Position numbers and translations under genes: made by a program. Below, in pieces: positions 27,595 through 34,026 of a DNA stretch of 34,026 bases (position 1 is the stretch's first letter; each line of letters starts with the position of its first letter). The notes under the pieces were generated by a model. It ran no database searches. It worked only from the letters and a program-made list of their open reading frames with translations, and was not told where the DNA came from. Source of the DNA: Candidatus Aenigmatarchaeota archaeon (GTDB lineage Archaea > Aenigmatarchaeota > Aenigmatarchaeia > CG10238-14 > SpSt-28). The stretch is taken from positions 1 to 34,026 of the forward strand of contig JAVVFY010000009.1 in the NCBI GenBank assembly GCA_032249395.1. The letters are read 5' to 3'.

Positions 27595-28071
27595 ATGTAC
27601 TTAAGCTACTTATGGACAAATAGGATGAAATGGATAAAAAGAAGGAAAATAAAAGGATGTTTGTTTTGTAACATAGTAAACAAAAAAGAAAAATCTCTCA
27701 TTTTGAAGGAGGGAGAAGTTTTTGTTGTAATGAATAAGTTTCCATATAACACTGGACATCTGCTAATTTTTCCTAAGAGACATGTGGAAAATATAGAGGA
27801 TTTGAGGAAAGAAGAAACTGAAAAAATTTTCGCTACCATTCAAAAATCAATAAAACTTCTTAAGAGAGCGTTAAAGCCTATAGGATTTAATGTTGGAATT
27901 AACATAGGAAAGGTTGCAAGTGCGAGTGTTGACCATCTTCATATTCATGTTGTTCCTAGGTTTGGAGCTGATGCTGGCTTCATGGAAGTTTTCGATTCAA
28001 CAAAAGTCATGCCTGAACCTTTAGAAGAAACATTCAATAGATTAAAGAAATTCTCTTCTTTGTTAGAGTAA
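27595..28071 (+). CDS. HIT (histidine triad) family nucleotide hydrolase
   Basis: CLFC, NKFPYNTGH, GFNVGINIG and HLHIHVVPR triad. Confidence 0.92.
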   Translation: MYLSYLWTNRMKWIKRRKIKGCLFCNIVNKKEKSLILKEGEVFVVMNKFPYNTGHLLIFPKRHVENIEDLRKEETEKIFATIQKSIKLLKRALKPIGFNVGINIGKVASASVDHLHIHVVPRFGADAGFMEVFDSTKVMPEPLEETFNRLKKFSSLLE

Positions 28072-28086
28072 AAAATCTTTTTAAAT
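28072..28086 (+). promoter_or_regulatory. BRE/TATA promoter of the probably leaderless Sm gene
   Basis: AAAATC-TTTTTAAA with the TATA element 23-30 nt before ATG 28108; a similar motif precedes nrdJ (~21826) and tRNA-Lys (~29155). Confidence 0.55.
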
Positions 28087-28107
28087 ATTTGCAATAAACA
28101 TTTAAGT

Positions 28108-28329
28108 ATGGCTGATAGACCTATAGATGTTTTAGATAAGGCAAAAGGAAAGAGAGTTTTAGTAAAATTAAAGAATGGAGAAGAAATATCAGGAGTGTTA
28201 AGAGCTTTGGATCTTCATTTGAATCTATGGTTGGATGATGCAGAAATCAAGAAAAATGGAGAAACAAAAGCAAAAATAGGAACTATATTAATAAGAGGAG
28301 ATACAATAGTTTATGCTTCTCCAGCCTAG
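28108..28329 (+). CDS. Sm-like archaeal protein (SmAP/LSm)
   Basis: RPIDVL...VLVKLKNG.EISGVLRALDLHLNL.L (Sm1) and ILIRGDTIVY.SP (Sm2). Confidence 0.93.
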   Translation: MADRPIDVLDKAKGKRVLVKLKNGEEISGVLRALDLHLNLWLDDAEIKKNGETKAKIGTILIRGDTIVYASPA

Positions 28330-29150
28330 AATAACTTTCGGCACAAATATATGAAAGATATATTATCACATGAGTTTGTGCCCTTTAAATATTCAATAAT
28401 TTCATTCCTTGATAGATAGGCGGAATTGGTTGTTTGAATATAAATCATGTTTCTTGAGGAATTGTCTTGCCAATGTTCTACTTCTCTTTCTATTCCATTT
28501 TCTATTATCGTCCAAGTAGGTCTTCTAACTTTTAGAACAAAAAATTTACTTCCAGTTATTTCTGAATAAATTTGCAAATTCCTTATCATATTTTCATAAA
28601 CGAGGCTAGCTTCTGGTATTATAGCTATTCCTTTTCTTCCCACCCTTCTTGATTCCTCTAGTACTATCAAAGGATAGGTTAAGATTAGAAGTTTTCTGTA
28701 GTCACTTTCATTAAGATAAGAAATTCCAATTTCTTTGTATTTATCTATTATTGAGTACTTTATTTTACCCCAGCTGTTTAAGGCGCCATCGACAAGCTTC
28801 CAGAGAGTTTTAACGAAAAGAATGTTATCGCTACTCTTCGACTTTAAAGGTAATTGGTGTGCTAATGAATTAATAGCTATAATATTGCCAGGCATTTCGT
28901 CAAGAAATTTTTTCATTTTTCGAAAATACTCCATTATTCCTCCTCTTTGATTAAAATTCTCTAATGCGTCGTCAAAAGTATTAGCACCATCTATCGCTAT
29001 GTAAGCTTTTGGGTGCACATTTTGAAGAATCGAAATCGCAGGATAAATGTAAGTACCTGGACCTACTTCTACTATTATTTCATTCTCATTAAAAAGTTTT
29101 TTTACTGCTTCAGTGAAATTATTGTATATAGTCGTCATATTCATCTTCAA
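28326..29150 (-). CDS. Hypothetical protein, possible class I SAM-dependent methyltransferase fold
   Basis: IVEVGPGT glycine loop, YIAID, AHQLPLKSKSSD and ESRRV resemble Rossmann methyltransferase motifs. Confidence 0.5.
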   Translation of the reverse strand: MKMNMTTIYNNFTEAVKKLFNENEIIVEVGPGTYIYPAISILQNVHPKAYIAIDGANTFDDALENFNQRGGIMEYFRKMKKFLDEMPGNIIAINSLAHQLPLKSKSSDNILFVKTLWKLVDGALNSWGKIKYSIIDKYKEIGISYLNESDYRKLLILTYPLIVLEESRRVGRKGIAIIPEASLVYENMIRNLQIYSEITGSKFFVLKVRRPTWTIIENGIEREVEHWQDNSSRNMIYIQTTNSAYLSRNEIIEYLKGTNSCDNISFIYLCRKLF

Positions 29151-29201
29151 TTCAAAAAACTTTTTAAGTTTTTATTTTCGAGTTATTAAAAATAGTGAAG
29201 G

Positions 29202-29327
29202 GGGCCTGTAGCTCAGCCTGGTAGAGCAGCGGAAGTTTGCTGCTGAGGCTTTTAAGCCAGCTGAGCAAAAAAGCTCTGATATAATGAAGAAACCCGTTGG
29301 TCGTGGGTTCAAATCCCACCAGGCCCA
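29202..29327 (+). tRNA. tRNA-Lys(UUU) with two introns (29233-29247 at 30/31; 29255-29291 at 37/38)
   Basis: Spliced form GGGCCTG TA GCTC AGCCTGGTA GAGC A GCGGG CT-TTT-AA CCCGT TGGTC GTGGG TTCAAAT CCCAC CAGGCCC A is a full cloverleaf; intron 1 has a strict BHB, intron 2 has helix CTTT/GAAG plus an AAA bulge. Confidence 0.85.
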
Positions 29328-29350
29328 TCTTGAATAATAAAAATGAATGG

Positions 29351-32300
29351 ATGATAATAATGATGAATATATCTAACAACGATAGTTTAGAAAAAATAGA
29401 TATCATCAAATTATCCGAAAAGATAAGGAAATGCGCTTCTGAGTCTTCTAACGAAGAGGAACTAAAAATAGCGGTAGAAAAGCTGCTAGATCCTATAGTA
29501 AAATCTTGGGGAATCAGAGCCTTCTATGAGCATAAAACAAGAGACGATATTTCTGGTTTGAGGGAAGACGCACTTTATGGCCATGTAATTATTGAATACA
29601 AAAAACCTGGTGAGTTAGAAAGTAAGACGAACTTTGAAAAATTTAAAGAAAAGTTGAAGGAATATTTAACAAAAGAAGCTGGAGATCAAAAGAATCTAGG
29701 AAAATGGTTTGGAGTAATAACGGATGGTTATAAAATTGCCTTTATCAGATTTAGGAAAAATAAATGGGAAGAGAAAGGACCGCATGCTATAAACAAAGAA
29801 ACAGTAAAAATCCTCTTAAGAGCAATTAGAGGTTTAAATCTTAGAATTATAGAACCTGAAGCATTGGTTAAAGATTTTGGTCCCGGAGAATTGAGTAAAA
29901 AAGTAATTTATCAATTCTACACTACTTTGATAGAATCAAAATCTAAGAGAACAAACATGCTTTTTGAAGATTGGAAGAGAGTCTTTCAACAAGTATGTGC
30001 TTATTCACCAGAAAAGCTATCCGCTTTAATCGAATATTATGGGTTAAAACACTATAAAATACAAAATGTAGAGAAGCTAATGTTTGCAATTCATACTTAT
30101 TATACATTGGTTATGAAATTTTTGACTTCCGAAGTAATATCCTACTTCAACCCAATATTTGGATCGTTTTTAGAGAGGGTAGAAAGCGCTTATTTAAAGG
30201 GAATAGATGAGATGAAAAAAGAGTTAGAAAATTTGGAAGAAGGAGGAATTATAACTCAATTGGGTATAAGAAACTTACTTGAGGCAGATTATTTTGCTTG
30301 GTATTTGGATGAATGGGACGAAAAGATTGCTGAGGCTATTTTTTCTATTGTTGAAAAGTTGAAAGAATATGATCCAGGAACATTAGAACTATATCCAGAA
30401 AAAGTAAAAGACCTTTTCAAAAGATTATATCAAAATTTAGTTCCAAAGAAAGTAAGACACGATTTAGGGGAATACTTTACTCCAGATTGGTTGGCAGAAT
30501 TGCTTTTGGATGAGATTGGCTATGATGGAAATCCGGAGAAGAGAATTCTAGATCCATCATGCGGTTCTGGAACATTTTTGGTTTTGGCAATAAACAGAAT
30601 AAAAGACTGGGCTGAAAGGGAATTCTATCCAGATAAAAAAGAATTACTTAGAAAGATATTGCAAAATGTGGTAGGTATAGATTTAAATCCATTAGCTGTA
30701 TTAGCAGCTAGAGCAAACTTCATTTTGGCTTTAGGTGAATTGAACAGGTTACTACCAGGAGAAAATGTGGATATTCCTGTTTATTTGGCAGATTCTATTT
30801 TAGTAAGTAGGAAACCAACATTTTATGGTGAATGGGAAGTTTATTTGAAGACGAGTGTAGGAGAATTTTGGATTCCACATGAAGTTATTGACAAAAAACT
30901 TTTAACAAAAGTTTTAGCATTGATAGAAGATGGTATTAAAGGAAATTATAACAAAGAAGAATTTATCGGCTTATTAAAAAATGAATTGAAATGGCTAAAA
31001 TCATCAAGCGTAGATTCATTGGCTAGACTTTTCATGTTTATAAGGAAATTGGAAAGAGAAGGCAAAAATAAGATTTGGACTAGATTGTTGAAAAATTCTT
31101 TTGCTCCTTTATTGTTGGAAAAATTTGATTTTGTAGTAGGAAATCCACCTTGGATAAATTGGGAGAGCTTGCCAGAAAAATATAGAGAAGATACTAAAAA
31201 ACTTTGGGATAGTTATGGTCTCCTCGAGAGAACAGAAGGCGCTGGTTTAGGAAAAGTTAAGAGAGATATGGCAATGCTATTTACGGCAAGATGTTTAGAT
31301 AGATATGTAAAAGAAAAAGGAAAGCTAGCTTTTCTAATTCCTTTTACAGTTTATAAAACACAAGCAGGTGCAGGTTTTAGAAAGTTTTTAGCAAATGGAA
31401 TAGAAAATGGGGAGAGAAAAATTCCTTGTAAAGTTTTAAAAGTTCATGATTTAGTTACGCTTTATCCATTTGAAGGAGCAATCAATAGGACATCTTTGAT
31501 AGTTATAGAAAAGGATGGAAAAACAAAATTTCCAATTCCTTGTGTCATGTGGCATAATCCAAGAAGCAAAGGTATTGACCAAGAAGCAGAATTAGAAGAG
31601 GTTAAAAGAAATACAAAACAATTTGAATTAATTTTAGCGCCTATAAGAAAGGGAAAGCCAGAAACTCCATGGATGATAATTAGTGAAAAAGCATATAATA
31701 CGCTCGAAAAAGTTATTGGAGAATCTCCATATAGGGCATACGAGGGAGTAAATATGGGTGGTTTAGATGGCGCATATTATATAAGAATTCTCTCCATTCA
31801 AACAAAGAATTTTGTTTTAATCGAAAACTTATTCGATATTGGAAAGAAAAAAGTAAAAAGAGTAGAAAGTGTTGTTGAAAGCGATTTAATATACCCAATA
31901 ATTAGAGGCAGGGAGGTTAAAAAGTGGTATGGCATTTATTCAAGTTATGTAATTTTACCAACAGATAAAAAAGGAGAAAATTTAACCGAATCTATTATGA
32001 AGGTGAAGTTTCCTAAGACCTACAAATACTTTTTAGAATTTAAAAAAGATTTGGAAGAAAGAAGTCTATATAAGTTAGCTGGTAAAGACAAGATTTGGTA
32101 TGGTTTATATGTGAATATAGGAGATTATACTTTCGCGCCATATAAAGTAGTATGGAAGAATATAGCCGGTAAGATTTCCGGCAAGGCAGAGTTTTCTGCT
32201 GCAGTGTTAACCCCCGCAAACGATAAGTTTTTAGGAGTTAAGGTGATAATTCCAAATGTTAAACTAATGTTAATTCCTTTTGATGATGAAAGTGAAGCTT

Positions 32301-32638
32301 ATTATGTTTGTTCTGTGTTGAACTCTTCAGTGGTACAGCTAATTGTCTCTTCATATGTAATTGAAACTGGAATATCGACACATATTACTAAAAATGTCTA
32401 TATTCCAAAATTTAATCCTAAGAATAAGCTTCATATAAAACTTTCTGAACTTTCTAAAAAGGCTCATGAATTAGCTAAAAGATATTATGAACAAAATGAT
32501 GAAGATGCTAAAAAGGAATTAGAAAAGATCGAAGAGGAAATTGATAAAACTGTTGCTGAAATTTATGGAATAAGTGATGAAGAACTTGAAGAAATAAAGA
32601 AAACTTTGAAAATTTTGAAAGAAGGAGAAGTTGAATAA
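29351..32638 (+). CDS. Type IIG-like fused restriction endonuclease/N6-adenine methyltransferase
   Basis: N-terminal D...EYK nuclease-like motif (EDALYGHVIIEYKKPG), GEYFTPDW, motif I DPSCGSGTFL, motif IV GNPPW and a C-terminal target-recognition region; start moved to an ATG (29351/29360/29363) because the TTG at 29297 lies in the tRNA. Confidence 0.85.
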   Translation: MIIMMNISNNDSLEKIDIIKLSEKIRKCASESSNEEELKIAVEKLLDPIVKSWGIRAFYEHKTRDDISGLREDALYGHVIIEYKKPGELESKTNFEKFKEKLKEYLTKEAGDQKNLGKWFGVITDGYKIAFIRFRKNKWEEKGPHAINKETVKILLRAIRGLNLRIIEPEALVKDFGPGELSKKVIYQFYTTLIESKSKRTNMLFEDWKRVFQQVCAYSPEKLSALIEYYGLKHYKIQNVEKLMFAIHTYYTLVMKFLTSEVISYFNPIFGSFLERVESAYLKGIDEMKKELENLEEGGIITQLGIRNLLEADYFAWYLDEWDEKIAEAIFSIVEKLKEYDPGTLELYPEKVKDLFKRLYQNLVPKKVRHDLGEYFTPDWLAELLLDEIGYDGNPEKRILDPSCGSGTFLVLAINRIKDWAEREFYPDKKELLRKILQNVVGIDLNPLAVLAARANFILALGELNRLLPGENVDIPVYLADSILVSRKPTFYGEWEVYLKTSVGEFWIPHEVIDKKLLTKVLALIEDGIKGNYNKEEFIGLLKNELKWLKSSSVDSLARLFMFIRKLEREGKNKIWTRLLKNSFAPLLLEKFDFVVGNPPWINWESLPEKYREDTKKLWDSYGLLERTEGAGLGKVKRDMAMLFTARCLDRYVKEKGKLAFLIPFTVYKTQAGAGFRKFLANGIENGERKIPCKVLKVHDLVTLYPFEGAINRTSLIVIEKDGKTKFPIPCVMWHNPRSKGIDQEAELEEVKRNTKQFELILAPIRKGKPETPWMIISEKAYNTLEKVIGESPYRAYEGVNMGGLDGAYYIRILSIQTKNFVLIENLFDIGKKKVKRVESVVESDLIYPIIRGREVKKWYGIYSSYVILPTDKKGENLTESIMKVKFPKTYKYFLEFKKDLEERSLYKLAGKDKIWYGLYVNIGDYTFAPYKVVWKNIAGKISGKAEFSAAVLTPANDKFLGVKVIIPNVKLMLIPFDDESEAYYVCSVLNSSVVQLIVSSYVIETGISTHITKNVYIPKFNPKNKLHIKLSELSKKAHELAKRYYEQNDEDAKKELEKIEEEIDKTVAEIYGISDEELEEIKKTLKILKEGEVE

Positions 32639-32685
32639 TTTATACGCACCGATAAGCTTTTAACAATGATATTTACATTAAAAAC

Positions 32686-33126
32686 ATGGTAGAAGAGGAT
32701 ATGAGAAGCATTGACAAGATATTGAAAGACGAAATCGCTGAGGAGAATTTAAAAGATTTTCCCCTTTGGGTCGCTTATGCAAAAACCTTTAAGTTGACTT
32801 TTCTTGACGAGAGAGATGTAGCGGTTTTGGAAAATTTGTTTGAAGCTGAAGTCTGCAGACTTTTAAGAAGTTTACCTCCGTCTCAACAAAAACCAGAAAT
32901 TTATCGAAAAATTGGACAGGCTAGAATGTTATTTTATGCAAATATTAGAAGGAGCTTAGGTAAAAACGGTATCAACGAAAGATTGTTAATATCTAATTTA
33001 ATTGATATCAAGGAAGTTAATGTTAAGAAATACTCAAATTTAGAGTTTTTGAAAACTCTATCTAAGTCTATAGAAATTTTAAAAACAATTTACAGAATCG
33101 CGCTTGCATTTATAAAAACGTTTTAA
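32686..33126 (+). CDS. Hypothetical protein
   Basis: 146-aa ORF with an upstream TATA-like AAGCTTTTAAC; no family confidently recognised. Confidence 0.6.
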   Translation: MVEEDMRSIDKILKDEIAEENLKDFPLWVAYAKTFKLTFLDERDVAVLENLFEAEVCRLLRSLPPSQQKPEIYRKIGQARMLFYANIRRSLGKNGINERLLISNLIDIKEVNVKKYSNLEFLKTLSKSIEILKTIYRIALAFIKTF

Positions 33127-33185
33127 GAATCTTAGGTTTCCTTATATCTTCATCTCATCCTATATTTTCTCATTTTAAAAAGACA

Positions 33186-33995
33186 TCAATAATATGCTAC
33201 TAAAGCTCCATATCCTACAACATTTGAATAATCTCTGTTTATCTCAGCAGAGGTAGAATGTCTAAGCAGTTCGATCTTTCCATCTAATTTTTTCATTAAA
33301 CTCATTAAAGTAGCAATACCACCATATCCACAAGCAGAAACATTTAACTTTTCCAAAGTTTGATAAAACTTTTTCAAATCAAGAGAAATTATTGCTTTTA
33401 TCAATTCCATATCCTTTCTTTGAGTAATCTCATAACTTTCATAATGGTTTAAATCGCTGCTAGCTACAACCAAAAACTCTTTTTTTATTTTAATTAAAGC
33501 GTTTGCTAAGCATTCAGCCACCTCTAATGATTGATTCATCAAGCAAATTGGAACTATTTTGAAATTATTACCATATAAAAACTGGAGAAATGGAAGCTGG
33601 ACCTCTATTGAATGTTCATAAATATGAGCTGCCTCATCTTTTTCAACAAGCTTGCAATTTTTTATCAGCTCATCAGCAAACTCCTCATCAACTTCTATTT
33701 CACCAAGAGGGGTTTTCCACTTTCCATTTGGATAAACTGAAACTTCACTTCCATAGCCAGTGTGATTTGGTCCAATTATTACAATTGTTTTCTTCGGACT
33801 TTTTGGTAAAGATGCATAAGAATAAGCTGCTGTTAATCCAGAATAAATGTAGCCAGCATGTGGGGCAATAATTCCAATAGCATTTTCTCTTTCTCTAACT
33901 TCCTTTCTAGCCTTCTCAAAAAAAGCTGTCAACATTTTTTCTAGTTCTTTTCTATCAGAGGGATAAAAGTAGCCAGCAACAGCTGGAACTCTCAT
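33186..33995 (-). CDS. MEMO1 family protein (AmmeMemoRadiSam system protein B)
   Basis: PAVAGYFYP, PHAGYIYSG, GPNHTG, EHSIEVQLPFLQ, SSDLNHY, ACGYG and VVGY motifs. Confidence 0.93.
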   Translation of the reverse strand: MRVPAVAGYFYPSDRKELEKMLTAFFEKARKEVRERENAIGIIAPHAGYIYSGLTAAYSYASLPKSPKKTIVIIGPNHTGYGSEVSVYPNGKWKTPLGEIEVDEEFADELIKNCKLVEKDEAAHIYEHSIEVQLPFLQFLYGNNFKIVPICLMNQSLEVAECLANALIKIKKEFLVVASSDLNHYESYEITQRKDMELIKAIISLDLKKFYQTLEKLNVSACGYGGIATLMSLMKKLDGKIELLRHSTSAEINRDYSNVVGYGALVAYY

Positions 33996-34026
33996 ATATT
34001 ACCTTACCTTCAACATTAAATTTAAG

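Noticed and set aside
29233..29291. Alternative tRNA parses giving anticodon CTG (Gln) or GAT (Ile) from GCTCTGATA
   Set aside because: The required intron boundaries form no BHB helix, and CTCT or CTGA pair poorly with GAAG. The Lys(UUU) parse gives a strict BHB and a typical Lys body.
29297..29350. N-terminal extension of the restriction-modification ORF from TTG 29297, and the antisense ORF 29164-29409
   Set aside because: Both overlap the tRNA-Lys gene and are open-frame artefacts.
861..33871. Short shadow ORFs (861-1229, 2154-2399, 5542-5835, 6240-6428, 7100-7396, 8205-8576, 16234-16440, 17635-17862, 19513-19734, 22497-22682, 24512-24793, 27606-27839, 28735-28950, 31713-31898, 33590-33871)
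   Set aside because: They lie antisense or out of frame within well-supported genes and show no recognisable motifs.
1..34026. CRISPR array, rRNA gene, transposase or integrase
   Set aside because: No regularly spaced repeats, long GC-rich structural RNA region or recombinase motifs were seen.

Overview
AT-rich, very compact archaeal chromosomal segment, most likely from a DPANN-type lineage such as Aenigmarchaeota. That assignment is inferred from the L40e, pyrG and pilus ATPase sequence styles, the apparently leaderless genes and the overlapping stops. It carries mostly housekeeping genes: a SplB-like radical SAM protein, PINA ATPase, two type IV pilins, pyrG, taw1, tRNA-Ala(GGC), a Zn-ribbon Hsp20 plus TIP49/RuvBL, a divergent AdoMetDC-like gene, TctA-like and MgtC-like membrane proteins, an M29 aminopeptidase, a pilus ATPase with two TadC genes, Lhr, PduO, class II RNR, aIF5B/IF2, L40e, HIT, Sm, tRNA-Lys(UUU), a type IIG-like restriction-modification fusion and MEMO1. 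The main finding is that the translation initiation factor aIF5B/IF2 gene is broken inside its GTP-binding P-loop (GHVDHG|KTT) by a 32-nt insert with an in-frame stop. The insert folds into a bulge-helix-bulge (BHB)-like structure whose predicted cut sites exactly restore the frame, making it a candidate tRNA-endonuclease-spliced mRNA intron. A tRNA-Lys about 4.6 kb downstream carries two introns (30/31 and 37/38), consistent with a relaxed-specificity splicing endonuclease in this organism. All product calls come from motif recognition by eye; no searches were run.
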